Source: a virus
Direction: 5' to 3' (one strand)
IMG/VR virus record: IMGVR_UViG_3300028584_001241
Length of the DNA stretch: 64,000 bases
Shown here: positions 20,170 through 31,167 of the stretch, piece by piece
Layout of the letters: the number at the start of each line of letters is the position of its first letter
Position numbering within the stretch: the stretch's first letter is position 1
Position numbers and translations under genes: made by a program
The notes under the pieces: model-generated
Seen by the model: the letters and a program-made list of their open reading frames with translations, nothing else
What the model was told of the DNA's origin: nothing
Database searches by the model: none

Positions 20170-22449
20170 ATGAGCAATGCTAATATGTCTGAAAGCCTAA
20201 TTAAAATTTTTGCAGCAATCCGTGGTCAAGTATTCGATGAGAATAACGGTCTACTTTCTCCTGAATATCTCTTACTGAAAATGGTTGACTTCAGTGATGA
20301 GTTCCGAAACATCCTTAATGTTAACAAAATTAACGTACATGAACTTCAAAACAATTTGAAAACAACTGTTGAGGTTAACAAACCTCGCACACTAAGTAAA
20401 GATCTAAAACATTCCGCAACAATGGAAAAAATCATGCAACGTACCATTATGAAAATTTTGAGTATTGGTCGCACCGAGCTTGATGAAATCGACTTGTTGA
20501 TTACTATCCTCGAAACATCACACTTGCCAGCACAAGAAGCTTTGACTAAGAGCAATGTAAGAATTGAACAACTTGTAGAATACGATAACCAACGCAACAA
20601 AGCTGTAATGGAAGAAGAACGTCATGGCAACAACACTAACGTAAGTCAGTTGGTTCGTTCATTCGTGACGGACCTTACTGAACAAGCAGCACAAGGTAAA
20701 CTTGAACCAATGATCGGTCGTGTTGAAGAAGTTGATCGTATTGAGGAAATCCTTTCTCGCCGTAAGAAAAACAACCCAATCATCGTTGGTGATGCTGGTG
20801 TTGGTAAAACTGCTGTGGTTGAAGGTTTGGCTCAAAAAATCGCTTCTGGTAACGTCCATGAATCATTGAAAGGTTTTAAAGTTCTTTCTCTTGATGTTAA
20901 CGGCATGGTAGCGGGTACTAAGTTCCGTGGTGATTTGGAAGATCGTGTTAAAAAGATTATTGATGCAGTGTCAAACAACAACACTATTCTTTTCATTGAC
21001 GAAATCCATAGCATTATCAGTTCTGGTAAATCCGAAGGTGGCATGGACATTGGTAACACATTGAAGCCTTACTTGTCTTCTGGTAAAATCCGTTGCATCG
21101 GTGCTACAACTACTGAGGAATATCGTCAGGTTTTCGAAAAGAACTCTGCACTTTCTCGCCGTTTCAACAAGGTTGACTTGGATGAACTTTCACCAGAAGC
21201 TACTTTGCATGTATTGAAGCAAATCAAAAGTCAATACGAAAAAGGTCATGGTGTAACGTATGAAGATGCAGCTATCGCTAGTATTGTTAACCTTTCAGCT
21301 CGTTTCTTGCACAACAAGAAGTTCCCTGATAAGGCCATCGACGTTCTCGATGAAACCGGTGCTTACGCTAAACTTCGTATGACTGAAAAAGTGGTTACTG
21401 TTGCTCTTGTAGAAGAAGTTATTTCTAAAATGGCTAAACAACCTGTTAAAGAAGTTGAAGGTGTTATCAGCGAACAATTGAAAAACCTTGACGCAAATAT
21501 CAAGAAACAAATTTTCGGTCAAGATGGTGCTGTTGAAAAGATTGTTGACGCAATCGTGTTGAACAAAAGTGGTTTCGGCTCTGCTGAAAAGCCTATCGGT
21601 TCTTACTTGTTCATCGGTCCTACTGGTGTTGGTAAAACTGAATTGGCTAAACAACTTGCCAAAGAAATGAACATGAGCTTGCTACGTTTTGACATGTCAG
21701 AATACATGGAATCTCATACTGTTTCTAAGTTGATCGGTGCTCCGGCTGGTTATGTGGGTCATGGTAAAGGTGGTTTGCTTACTGAGCAAGTCAACAAGAA
21801 CCCTTACTCTGTTATCCTCTTGGACGAATTTGAGAAGGCTAACCCTGATGTATTTAACGCTTTCTTGCAAGTGCTTGATTATGGTTTCATGACGGACTCA
21901 GAAGGTCGTAAAATCGACTTCCGTAACACTGTTATCATCATGACATCAAACGCGGGTATCAAGTTGTCTGCACAAGAGAAAAACGGTATCGGTTTTGTTA
22001 AGAATGAACAAATAGTAAGCAGTTTGGTAAACTGGGATCAAGTGAATAAAATCTTTGCTCCTGAATTCCGTAACCGTCTTGATGGCATGGTAGAGTTTAA
22101 AGCGATTGATAAAGAGATGATCTTGAACATCGTGAACAAAAACCTTGCTCCAATCTATGCAGAAGCGGCTAAAAAAGGCTTTACACTTGAAGTTGAAAAA
22201 GCAGTGTTGGATGAGTTGTCAGCGAAGGGTTATGAGCCAGCAATGGGTGCCCGTCCAGTAGCTCGTGTTGTGAGAGAGCTTATTGCTCTACCACTTGCCA
22301 AGCTTGTAACCTTCACACAGTTGCCAGAGAAATCTGTCATTCAAGCTGTAATGAAAGATGGTAAAGTTGAATTTGTGATTGGTTGCGATGTTGAGGTCAA
22401 AAAACCTGCAACTCGCCGTTCAAAAGCAAAAGTAGCGACTACTGAGTAA
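20170..22449 (+). CDS. clpA: ATP-dependent Clp protease ATP-binding subunit, ClpA-type
   Basis: Two AAA modules GDAGVGKT / [31 protein letters not shown] loop, no ClpB middle domain. Confidence 0.93.
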   Translation: MSNANMSESLIKIFAAIRGQVFDENNGLLSPEYLLLKMVDFSDEFRNILNVNKINVHELQNNLKTTVEVNKPRTLSKDLKHSATMEKIMQRTIMKILSIGRTELDEIDLLITILETSHLPAQEALTKSNVRIEQLVEYDNQRNKAVMEEERHGNNTNVSQLVRSFVTDLTEQAAQGKLEPMIGRVEEVDRIEEILSRRKKNNPIIVGDAGVGKTAVVEGLAQKIASGNVHESLKGFKVLSLDVNGMVAGTKFRGDLEDRVKKIIDAVSNNNTILFIDEIHSIISSGKSEGGMDIGNTLKPYLSSGKIRCIGATTTEEYRQVFEKNSALSRRFNKVDLDELSPEATLHVLKQIKSQYEKGHGVTYEDAAIASIVNLSARFLHNKKFPDKAIDVLDETGAYAKLRMTEKVVTVALVEEVISKMAKQPVKEVEGVISEQLKNLDANIKKQIFGQDGAVEKIVDAIVLNKSGFGSAEKPIGSYLFIGPTGVGKTELAKQLAKEMNMSLLRFDMSEYMESHTVSKLIGAPAGYVGHGKGGLLTEQVNKNPYSVILLDEFEKANPDVFNAFLQVLDYGFMTDSEGRKIDFRNTVIIMTSNAGIKLSAQEKNGIGFVKNEQIVSSLVNWDQVNKIFAPEFRNRLDGMVEFKAIDKEMILNIVNKNLAPIYAEAAKKGFTLEVEKAVLDELSAKGYEPAMGARPVARVVRELIALPLAKLVTFTQLPEKSVIQAVMKDGKVEFVIGCDVEVKKPATRRSKAKVATTE

Positions 22450-22592
22450 TCAATAGTAAAGCAACACAAGAAAGAGCCAGCGATGGCTCTTTTTTTATTG
22501 GTATAAATTAACGTATAGAATTTCGTATACGATATTTATTTTAATTGACATGGGCCTAAAAAATGTTTAAATAATGTAAAATAGGTTAAAAA

Positions 22593-23441
22593 ATGATAGA
22601 TAAAAAAGATGAATGGTTAAAAGAAGCAACTTATAAATTAGCATTATTAACAGAGTTTGAGGGGCATTTTCTAGTTCCTGATGGAAAGACACTTAACGCA
22701 TTTTTAAAACGACCTACCTTAATATTAAAAATGATGAATAAAGGATATCCAGATATATGTCAAGAAGCCTTGGACCAATATGAGAATTTTGAAAAAAATA
22801 AAAGTTCTATAACACTAGATAAAGATGATCTGAAAGAATTAGAGCAATCTTATGAAAAAGGATTATCACCAAGTGAAGCTGCCATTAATATCATTAAGTT
22901 TTGTGACACACCAGCAGAAGCGGGTAGATACATAGCAAGTTATAATCCAGATATGTTTTCTACATTATTCATAATAGGTATATTCATCGGTATATTAGGC
23001 ACTGCTTTTTATTTGTATGGAGCGGTAAAGGAAAAGGTTGCTGTCAGAGATGCATCAGAACATATGTTAACTGTTTACAAGAATGCTGAAGAGTTTAATG
23101 AAAAACAGAATGACAATTTAAATAATGAAAAAGCCATTAAATCTGGGATAGTTCCAAAAGAAATGAAAGTTGAAGAGAATAAAATAACCAATGCATGGGA
23201 AGGTGCTGTTGTAATTGAAAGCACTCCAAGCTTTTTTAAATTAACTTATGCTCATGTGCCCACTCATGATAGCTGTGTAGAATTTTTAGAAAAACAAAAA
23301 AATACAGGATGGAATTCGGTTGTTGTAGGAACTCAAAAATTTGAAAATTACAGTGAGATAACTAAATTAGAACTTTTAAAAGCCTGTGATTTAGAAGATG
23401 ATCATGTTGATATGATTTTCGAAAAAAATAAAACGATGTAA
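22593..23441 (+). CDS. Protein with internal TM and C-terminal type IVb pilin (PilS-like) domain
   Basis: AIKSGIVPKEM..ITNAWEGAVVI..FKLTYAHVP..SCV..C. Confidence 0.7.
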   Translation: MIDKKDEWLKEATYKLALLTEFEGHFLVPDGKTLNAFLKRPTLILKMMNKGYPDICQEALDQYENFEKNKSSITLDKDDLKELEQSYEKGLSPSEAAINIIKFCDTPAEAGRYIASYNPDMFSTLFIIGIFIGILGTAFYLYGAVKEKVAVRDASEHMLTVYKNAEEFNEKQNDNLNNEKAIKSGIVPKEMKVEENKITNAWEGAVVIESTPSFFKLTYAHVPTHDSCVEFLEKQKNTGWNSVVVGTQKFENYSEITKLELLKACDLEDDHVDMIFEKNKTM

Positions 23442-23463
23442 ATTAGAACAAAAAAAGAACTTG

Positions 23464-23910
23464 TTAACCAAGTTCTTTTTCAACAAGCCCTTTTAATTTA
23501 CTCATGTCTGTTTTACCATTCAATTGACTTTTAATTAATTTCATTACATCACCAAAAGCAATAACAGGTTTTTCAGTTCGAGCTTCTACAATACTAGCAC
23601 GAATAATAGTTAACACATCTTCATCACTTAATTGTGTTGGCATGTATTTAGATAACAGTTCGATTTCAGCAGAATCCTTTTCAACCAATTCCTTAATGTC
23701 TTTGTATTTTTCATTTTCAATAGTGTCTTTTCTCTGACGTATAAGCGTTTTCAAAATAGCAATTACATCAGCATCAGTAACTTCTTTCTTGGTGTCTACT
23801 TCTTGTTGTTTAATAGCAGAAAGAATATAGCCTACTACTGTCTTAGTAAGGTTATCTTTTTCTCTCAATGCTTTGATTCGTGCTTGTGCTATTTCATCTT
23901 TTAATGTCAT
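23464..23910 (-). CDS. GatB/YqeY domain protein
   Basis: SAIKQQEVD..IRQRKD..EIELLSKYMPTQLS..GDVMK..GKTD. Confidence 0.9.
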   Translation of the reverse strand: MTLKDEIAQARIKALREKDNLTKTVVGYILSAIKQQEVDTKKEVTDADVIAILKTLIRQRKDTIENEKYKDIKELVEKDSAEIELLSKYMPTQLSDEDVLTIIRASIVEARTEKPVIAFGDVMKLIKSQLNGKTDMSKLKGLVEKELG

Positions 23911-24016
23911 GATATCCTCCTTATTTGAATTAATTTCTTACAATACAGTATTAGAGGTCGTTTGTAAAGATATTTATATCCAGTATAATAGTATTAAAAC
24001 CATAATGGGGCTTGCA

Positions 24017-24451
24017 ATGGATAAATTATATTTAGGCATGGGCTGTTTTTGGAGTTCACAATACTTATTTAAGAAACACTACCCAGACGTAGAAACAAAT
24101 GTAGGGTATACAGAAAACGGTGTTGAATTACTTGAAATATCATATTCAAGTTTAGAACAGTTAGATAAATACTTGGGAACGTTTTTTGAAAATCACTCAT
24201 TCACATTAACTGATATTCCAGAAAAATATCAAAGTTATATCTTTTACACTAATGAAGGTCACTATCCCAACATTTTGTATGCATTTAACCACTTCAATCA
24301 AAAAATAAAGCTTTCTGGTAGAGTAGGTGCGTCAAAGACCAAGATACACAGAATGGGCAGGTATATTCCAGCATCTGAACATAATCAAGACTATTTGGAT
24401 AAAAATCCCAATGTTAAATGTGTGTTAGGTTTTAATGGTGTCTATTATTAA
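24017..24451 (+). CDS. msrA: Peptide-methionine sulfoxide reductase MsrA-like (compact, divergent)
   Basis: GCFW motif; VGY; QDYLDKNP..C. Confidence 0.75.
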   Translation: MDKLYLGMGCFWSSQYLFKKHYPDVETNVGYTENGVELLEISYSSLEQLDKYLGTFFENHSFTLTDIPEKYQSYIFYTNEGHYPNILYAFNHFNQKIKLSGRVGASKTKIHRMGRYIPASEHNQDYLDKNPNVKCVLGFNGVYY

Positions 24452-24504
24452 CATCTGACATTAAAGAGAAAAGTTATAAAATAAAGCTTTTAAAGAAGCT
24501 TTAT

Positions 24505-24894
24505 ATGAAATCATTATTTGCTAGTATATTTGCAATGATATTGTTGTTTGTTTTGATGGCTCTATTCATACTTAACATAGATAAATTAGGGAATTCAATG
24601 AATAACAAAGATAAATCAACTATTGATGAGTACAAACAAGTTGAAAATGTTTTAAATTTTAAAATGACCGGCTATAAAAATGAGTATCAATTAGTATTTA
24701 AAAAATCGCCAAACATTGAACCAAATTCCAGCTTAAAAATGAGCTATATCTCTGATCCCGGTTATGTTGAATTGTATATTAATGATCAATTAGCTTATGG
24801 AAAAGATGATGATGTTGTTTTTAAAGAAATATACCGAAATAATAAAGACGGCAGCATTTCAAAAGAAACTGTTATTTCAAATAAGAAAATTTAA
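24505..24894 (+). CDS. Membrane-anchored hypothetical protein
   Basis: N-terminal TM. Confidence 0.65.
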   Translation: MKSLFASIFAMILLFVLMALFILNIDKLGNSMNNKDKSTIDEYKQVENVLNFKMTGYKNEYQLVFKKSPNIEPNSSLKMSYISDPGYVELYINDQLAYGKDDDVVFKEIYRNNKDGSISKETVISNKKI

Positions 24895-24926
24895 ACCAAT
24901 AAAAAAGAACCCGAAGGTTCTTTTTT

Positions 24927-26795
24927 TTATTTCTCAATCAACTCTTTTACTTTTTCATACAACACGTTTCTGTTGGCATTCTCTGCGGGGATAGGCTCAC
25001 CTATTTCAATCGTAATCCTTCTTAAAAACTTACGTGGCATTCTCAATTTGTATTTTCGGCTAAACATACTGCCATAGATACCTTTAATTGCTACTGGAAT
25101 AACTGGGACAGGTGTTGATTCAATGATTTTCTCAATACCACTCTTAAACATCTTGAGTTCACCATCATGAGTAATCGCACCTTCTGGGAATATGCACACT
25201 AATTCACCGTTTTCTAAGGCTTCTTTTATCTTGGCATAACATTGTTCCAAGATTTTAGGATCTTCCTTAATACCAGCAATAGGGATACCTCCCATTTGTC
25301 TAAACAACCAGTTCAATACAGGAATGTTAAAGATTTTGTAATACATGATAAATCTCATCGGTCTTTTTATTTCACTGGTGATAATCAATGCGTCCACAAA
25401 ACTAACATGGTTAACGGCAATAACAGCCGCTCCTTCACTTGGAATGTTTGAAAGATTATGTGTCTTTATTCTATACATGAATGTCAAGACAAACCATGTC
25501 ATAAAACGTAAGTAAAACTCAGGAATGGTTTTGTAAATGTAATACGCCACAACCCAGTTAAACAAAGATAATGCTAAGAACAATTGACTTATGCTTAGGA
25601 ATTTAAGAAAGATAATTGCAACAATAGCCGAAGCAACCATAAAGATAGAGTTCAATATGTTGTTAGCCGCAATAATACGTGACATGTGTTCTTTGATGGT
25701 TCGTGTTTGAATCATTGCATACAAAGGAACTGTATAAAATCCACCAAATAAACCAATACAGAATAAATAAGTGCAAAGGTAAATACTTCTTGGGTCTTCT
25801 TTAAATTGATCAAAGGTTAGTAATGTGTTGTTGACTACCAATGATAATGAATCAAAACTTTTAACTTCAAAAAACATTAGGATACCAAACAAGGTGATAC
25901 CAAATGAACCAAAGGCAACTAATCCTACTTCAATGTAGTCTTTTGAGATACGTTCACATAACATGGACCCTAAACCAATACCAATAGAGAACACAACAAG
26001 AAATAGTGTCACAACGGATTCAGAATAACCCAGTTCACTTTTTACAAACTGTGGAAGCTGCGTAAGATAAACAGCACCTAAGAACCAAAACCATGACACA
26101 GCAAATATTGACATGACAACTGACTTCTTTTGTTGCTTCATAATTTTAAATACATCAGAGGTGGCCGTAAATATATTAAAATTGATTTTGGTAGTGGTAT
26201 TTAGTGATTGAGCCTTTGGTATGAACAAACTGGTAACAAAACCCATGACTGAAATCGCTAAAATGACCACTGAAACTAACGCTTCACCATTTTGTTGTGA
26301 AATTAAAGCGACACCTAACATGGTACCGAGTAAGATGGCTAAGAAGGTGCCCATCTCAATAAAACCGTTGGCTGCCATGATTTCTTTTTCACGTAAGTGT
26401 TGTGGTAAGATACTGTATTTTAATGGCCCAAAGAAGGCTGATTGCGTGCCCATTAGAAATAATACAGCAATCAAACCATTAATTGTATTCATGTAAAAAA
26501 ACAGTGCAGCTAACACCATAATGAGAATTTCTGATAATTTATTCATCTTGATTACAAAAGATTTTTCATACTTATCAGCGATTTGACCGGCAAGGGCTGA
26601 AAATAAGAAAAAAGGTGCAATAAACAACATTGCAGATAAATTAACATAAAAATTGGTATCTGTTTGTAATTTAAAGACTATCATCATGATTAACGCATTT
26701 TTAAAAACGTTGTCATTAAAAGCCCCAAAGAATTGGGTTAAAAATAAAGGTAGAAATTTCTTATTTTTCAAAAGTGATGCCGTGTGGCCTTCCAT
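24927..26795 (-). CDS. MFS transporter fused to PlsC-type acyltransferase (LplT/Aas-like)
   Basis: FLTQFFGAFNDNVFK; NHVSFVD and IFPEG acyltransferase motifs. Confidence 0.9.
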   Translation of the reverse strand: MEGHTASLLKNKKFLPLFLTQFFGAFNDNVFKNALIMMIVFKLQTDTNFYVNLSAMLFIAPFFLFSALAGQIADKYEKSFVIKMNKLSEILIMVLAALFFYMNTINGLIAVLFLMGTQSAFFGPLKYSILPQHLREKEIMAANGFIEMGTFLAILLGTMLGVALISQQNGEALVSVVILAISVMGFVTSLFIPKAQSLNTTTKINFNIFTATSDVFKIMKQQKKSVVMSIFAVSWFWFLGAVYLTQLPQFVKSELGYSESVVTLFLVVFSIGIGLGSMLCERISKDYIEVGLVAFGSFGITLFGILMFFEVKSFDSLSLVVNNTLLTFDQFKEDPRSIYLCTYLFCIGLFGGFYTVPLYAMIQTRTIKEHMSRIIAANNILNSIFMVASAIVAIIFLKFLSISQLFLALSLFNWVVAYYIYKTIPEFYLRFMTWFVLTFMYRIKTHNLSNIPSEGAAVIAVNHVSFVDALIITSEIKRPMRFIMYYKIFNIPVLNWLFRQMGGIPIAGIKEDPKILEQCYAKIKEALENGELVCIFPEGAITHDGELKMFKSGIEKIIESTPVPVIPVAIKGIYGSMFSRKYKLRMPRKFLRRITIEIGEPIPAENANRNVLYEKVKELIEK

Positions 26796-26995
26796 TCAAC
26801 AATCTCCTATTGTTTTATATTTACAATTTACCATTGCTTTATGATCCTTTCAAACATTTTAAAATATAATAACATTTATATTTATAAAAAGTGCTACTGC
26901 GAAATCAATATTACTATAATGTTTTATTGAGATATTGCCATTTATTGTCTTTCGTAGTATAATTAAGGCTACTTTTGATGATAGAGGATAAATTA

Positions 26996-27280
26996 ATGGA
27001 ACTTAATAAAGAAGAGACTATAAAAGCATACAAATCATTAACGCCCGAGGCTCGTTGGGATAAAATGTATGAAGCTGCTGAAGGTTTCATTAATAAGGAA
27101 GGTAAACTTCCGCCTACTGATCATCAAGTGAATGGCGTTACACTGATTAATTGGATTCGCTCCCATTCGTCAACCAACCAGAAAAATGAAGAAAAACGCA
27201 ATAAAGTAAAAAAGATATTAGCTGAATCAGGTGTCTTTTCGTGTCTCGTTAATACTTGTATAAGTTTTAGTTATGAATGA
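26996..27280 (+). CDS. Helicase-associated (HA) domain-like small protein
   Basis: RWDKMY..F..EGKLP...GVTLINWIR pattern. Confidence 0.55.
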   Translation: MELNKEETIKAYKSLTPEARWDKMYEAAEGFINKEGKLPPTDHQVNGVTLINWIRSHSSTNQKNEEKRNKVKKILAESGVFSCLVNTCISFSYE

Positions 27281-27475
27281 TTTAATTAGAAGCAATATGT
27301 TGGTAACAACAATTATTATCAGTGAATAATTAATAAACATATCAATATAGGGAACTGACTCAAAATAGTTATCACCCACTATAAACCTGATCGCAATCAG
27401 AAGTAAACACCCTACAATATTCAGAGAGTGATAATTATACAGGTAGAAACTGGGTATGCTAATTTTTGACATCAT
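27227..27475 (-). pseudogene. Truncated paralog of 28195..28923
   Basis: IPSFYLYNYHS..KSFITKTYTSI matches LPSFYFKNYHS..KSFISKSYSSI, but ends after 82 aa. Confidence 0.65.
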
Positions 27476-27496
27476 TTAATAACTCCAACTCATATG

Positions 27497-28192
27497 TTAG
27501 GTGCTTAATATTTCAATCAATACAAAATCATCATCGGTCATGTCATTAAATTTTATTGATTTTTGCTCAATATACTGTCTAAAAATTGTAAGATTATAGT
27601 GTTTACATTTAAATGTAAACGTATTTTTTTTGTCGCATAAAATGAATTTTTTATTTTTTATTATATATTCATTAAAAAAACCATCTTCTGTTACATTAAC
27701 ATTCATCAGTTCATCTTCACTTAAATAATCAAAAAACCAATGCTGTATGTTTTTATCACCAATGAGTACGATATCAATTATTGATAAAAAAAACATTATT
27801 AGATGAAAACCTGATTGAAAAATTATTAATATTATACAACCTCCTATGTAATTATGATTAACTACATTCTCTAAAACAGGCGTTGTCAATTTCATGCCTA
27901 CTAAGATCATAATAGTAAATGCCAACAATAAACAAAATACTACTTTTGAAAAATAGCTTTTTGAATAAGCCACTGAAGTTACATGACCTTTCATTTTACT
28001 AAAAATGACATTAAATAAATTCATAACAAAGATAGTTAACGCAAAACAATTGAGAGCAAAAAAAGAACTATAAGTCATATCGCTTAAAGTCCCGAAATTA
28101 AAATTCATAAACATTAGATTAAGCCCAATAATAATAAAGTAAGCGATCAATGCAAAAGAGTTAAATTCCAGTTTCCAAATTTTATTTAACAT
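27497..28192 (-). CDS. Membrane protein with C-terminal tag
   Basis: About 4 TM, HWFFDYL, ends DDDFVLIEILST. Confidence 0.72.
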   Translation of the reverse strand: MLNKIWKLEFNSFALIAYFIIIGLNLMFMNFNFGTLSDMTYSSFFALNCFALTIFVMNLFNVIFSKMKGHVTSVAYSKSYFSKVVFCLLLAFTIMILVGMKLTTPVLENVVNHNYIGGCIILIIFQSGFHLIMFFLSIIDIVLIGDKNIQHWFFDYLSEDELMNVNVTEDGFFNEYIIKNKKFILCDKKNTFTFKCKHYNLTIFRQYIEQKSIKFNDMTDDDFVLIEILST

Positions 28193-28194
28193 TT

Positions 28195-28923
28195 TTATAT
28201 CCCTAACATTTCGATAACAGTTAGTTCTTCGTCACTTAAATCATCAACTTTAAAATTATTAATAGTGATATATTCTCGAAAGGCATTCAGTTTAAGTTTA
28301 TGTTTTCTAATGACCACACTGTTATCCGTTTCATCAAGAAGAAAGCCTTTGAAATAAACAGATACGACTTGTCCGTTAGCTGAAACATTCTTAACTCTTC
28401 GCAACTGTTTAGTATTCAAGAAATCCATAATCCAGTGACTGTTGATTACAGGTGAGGTATATCGAATGTAAGTCCCTTTAATAGAAAGAAAGACAAAATG
28501 ACCGACTGCCACAATGTACATAAAATAAAATAAACACATAGTGCCTAACATCCAGTCTTGTGATGGAAACTTGATCACATTAGTTTCATTAACATAAGAA
28601 GAAATGCACAAGGCATGAAACATTGATTTTAAGAGGACAACTCCATACACTGAATAAACCGCCAAAGAGTCCGACATAGTATGTTGTATTGAAGAATAAG
28701 ACTTCGAAATAAAACTTTTTGAATACAAACATAAGTTCACAATAATAAGTGCGGCAAGCATGAACATAATGGGAAATTCTAAGAAATGTCGCATACCATT
28801 GAGTGACCAGTCATCTTTCTGAGGGAACGGCAGTGCCATAATAAGAAAAAGAGTAGAATTGAACAATACAAAAGAATGGTAATTCTTAAAGTAAAAAGAG
28901 GGTAACAGGGATTTCACATTCAT
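28195..28923 (-). CDS. Membrane protein with C-terminal EMxxI tag
   Basis: About 4 TM, HWIMDFL, ends DEELTVIEMLGI. Confidence 0.72.
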   Translation of the reverse strand: MNVKSLLPSFYFKNYHSFVLFNSTLFLIMALPFPQKDDWSLNGMRHFLEFPIMFMLAALIIVNLCLYSKSFISKSYSSIQHTMSDSLAVYSVYGVVLLKSMFHALCISSYVNETNVIKFPSQDWMLGTMCLFYFMYIVAVGHFVFLSIKGTYIRYTSPVINSHWIMDFLNTKQLRRVKNVSANGQVVSVYFKGFLLDETDNSVVIRKHKLKLNAFREYITINNFKVDDLSDEELTVIEMLGI

Positions 28924-29066
28924 TTGTATTCGCTCCATTTCAGCAAGCAAAGTATAAGTGATTGGTCAAATTTAGGCAAGATATTTTTTAATATATTTTA
29001 TCAAAAAAGTCTTTATTTTACTCAAATACTATGATATTATAGGGAAATAACTAGGAGAGTAGCGAA

Positions 29067-29264
29067 ATGAAAAAGCAAAAGAATCAAAAGCCACAAGAAT
29101 CAAGAAATTTCGTTGCTAAATATATGCATGAAATGGGTAACTGTGGTCTTCGTGTTGTAGAAGATAAAAAAGCCAAGTCTAAACGTGGCGAAGGTAAAAA
29201 TTCATTCAATAAGGCTTCTTTGAGAAAAGATTCTTCGGAAGCCTCACGATCTGTTACTCTATAA
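29067..29264 (+). CDS. Small basic protein (RNFVAK motif)
   Basis: AGGAG RBS; very Lys/Arg-rich. Confidence 0.6.
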   Translation: MKKQKNQKPQESRNFVAKYMHEMGNCGLRVVEDKKAKSKRGEGKNSFNKASLRKDSSEASRSVTL

Positions 29265-29283
29265 ATCCCCACCTTTTTAATAA

Positions 29284-29790
29284 TCAGAATTGCTTTTCTT
29301 TCTCAATATCCAACAACCTCTTCTTTCTAAACACATTCCATCTGTATCCAGTATTCTTATCACTTTTGCTGACTACTCTATGACAAGGCACTAACACCGC
29401 TATTTTATTCTTGCTACAGGCTGTCGCCACAGCTCTCACTGATTGTGGTTTACCAATAGCTTCGGCTATATCAGTGTAACTCGCTGTTTTACCAGTAGGG
29501 ATGTTCATAATAGCTTTCCATACGTTCATTTGGAAGTCTGAACCATCCATATGTATTTGAACTGAATGCGGAACAACTGGATTTTTAACATGGTTAAAGA
29601 TCTCTCTGATATTGTCATTAAGAATACCTTCTTCTATTTTAAAATTAGGATACTCTTTTTTTAGATTATAAATGTTGTCTTCTTTTGTATTATCAAGACT
29701 CACAAAAACAACTTGATTGTCTGAATTGATGGCGATAAGGATGTTATCCAAGTTTAAGCTGTCTTCCAAAAAATAAGTGAGCGTTTTCAT
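29284..29790 (-). CDS. ogt: Methylated-DNA-protein-cysteine methyltransferase
   Basis: FQMNVW..IPTGKTASY..RAVATAC..VPCHRVV. Confidence 0.92.
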   Translation of the reverse strand: MKTLTYFLEDSLNLDNILIAINSDNQVVFVSLDNTKEDNIYNLKKEYPNFKIEEGILNDNIREIFNHVKNPVVPHSVQIHMDGSDFQMNVWKAIMNIPTGKTASYTDIAEAIGKPQSVRAVATACSKNKIAVLVPCHRVVSKSDKNTGYRWNVFRKKRLLDIEKEKQF

Positions 29791-29909
29791 AATTTTTCTC
29801 GATGGTTTAGTTGATGTTATCATATCACCAAAGCAAAAAAAAACAACCCGAAGGTTGTCTTAGCTGTATAGTTGGTTTATCTATTACAAAGTGTCTTGGA
29901 ATAACTCAA

Positions 29910-30911
29910 TTAACTATGCAAATAAAGCTTATAATTTTCCGGTTTATATTCTTGTATAACGCCATCAATAGATGTCCAAAACCGTGCCATTAAACATTTT
30001 GGTGGCCTTTCGTCAGTTTCATAATAATACTCAATGACAATGGAATCATTTTTCTTTATCTGATCCAACGCAATATCTTTTGAATCCTCATCAAAGCCGG
30101 GATAACTATCACTACGCATAATGCAATAATCACCCGATGGATGAAGTTTTTGAACTATTGCTTTAAACCCCTTATCAGTCACTACCATATAACGTTTAGA
30201 ATAAATTTTACCATCAATTTTTCTTTGGTGACTAAATAATTTATTTTTAAAGTACACAATATCCTTATGTTTAGACGTTCCCATCATTAGTTTTCTTACA
30301 TTTGAGCCAAATAACAAACCCGCGTATTTTTCGACAGGGTTATACTCATTGAATAGTTTCACTAACTTTTCTGATGTCTCAACAGGGATTCCAATTGTCT
30401 TAAAATGATCTAATTTCTCAATTATTTCGCTGCCAAAATAAATCGAATGGCCTTCTTCTGCATTGTGCCCCATAATGTCAATAATCATATTGCCATAATC
30501 AACATAAATTGATGATTTATAAATAGCGGGTTCATTATCTATGATTTCTTTGTATTTTTGAATAAAGACAGCCTCTCTGGAATTTTGAATAGTTTCCAAT
30601 GGCGTGTATGGAATTAAATTGCCATCGAGTGTTCGATAGAGAACAGTTCCGTCTGCCCAATCATGTGGTGGTCGTGTTAAGGGCAACATCTTGTCAGCAA
30701 CTAACAACGGCTCATTCAATGAACTGATTGGCAATGTCGATTCTTTTTCAAGGATTGTTTGCATTTCAAAATAGTTAGCAGCACCCAATGTTTCAGAAAA
30801 CAGTTCCTGAGCTTGTGATAATGTTATTTTTAGACCATATTTTTCTGCATTCTTTTGTAGTCTTTTGGTGTAGCGATTAAAATTTTTCGAATTGATGCTA
30901 ATGTTTGACAT
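29910..30911 (-). CDS. Protein with N-terminal glyoxalase-superfamily-like helical domain
   Basis: KRLQK..GLKITLSQAQELFSETLGAANY, similar to the N-terminus of 52910. Confidence 0.65.
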   Translation of the reverse strand: MSNISINSKNFNRYTKRLQKNAEKYGLKITLSQAQELFSETLGAANYFEMQTILEKESTLPISSLNEPLLVADKMLPLTRPPHDWADGTVLYRTLDGNLIPYTPLETIQNSREAVFIQKYKEIIDNEPAIYKSSIYVDYGNMIIDIMGHNAEEGHSIYFGSEIIEKLDHFKTIGIPVETSEKLVKLFNEYNPVEKYAGLLFGSNVRKLMMGTSKHKDIVYFKNKLFSHQRKIDGKIYSKRYMVVTDKGFKAIVQKLHPSGDYCIMRSDSYPGFDEDSKDIALDQIKKNDSIVIEYYYETDERPPKCLMARFWTSIDGVIQEYKPENYKLYLHS

Positions 30912-31167
30912 AATTATTCTCCATTAAAATAGTTTTATAATTCGACAAATAGGAATCAACTTATTTTAAGGATCAATTAAGTTGGGTGTTTGATTAATTA
31001 AAATTTAATCATTGATACCAGTTCGGTTTCGCCATCTAGCCTATTTAGCACGCTCTCAATAAAGCATTGAACCAATTATAGCTAAAATATAAAAAAAGTC
31101 AACAAAAACTTGATAAAAATAGTCGGTTCATGTATAATCCATAACAATTATATAGAGGTATCTGACG

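Noticed and set aside
20346-21654. Short antisense or alternate-frame ORFs within clpA (and similar ones within coaD-coaE, the MFS gene, PNKP, tnpB, mutM)
   Set aside because: Shadow ORFs fully overlapping well-supported genes, with no RBS or motifs
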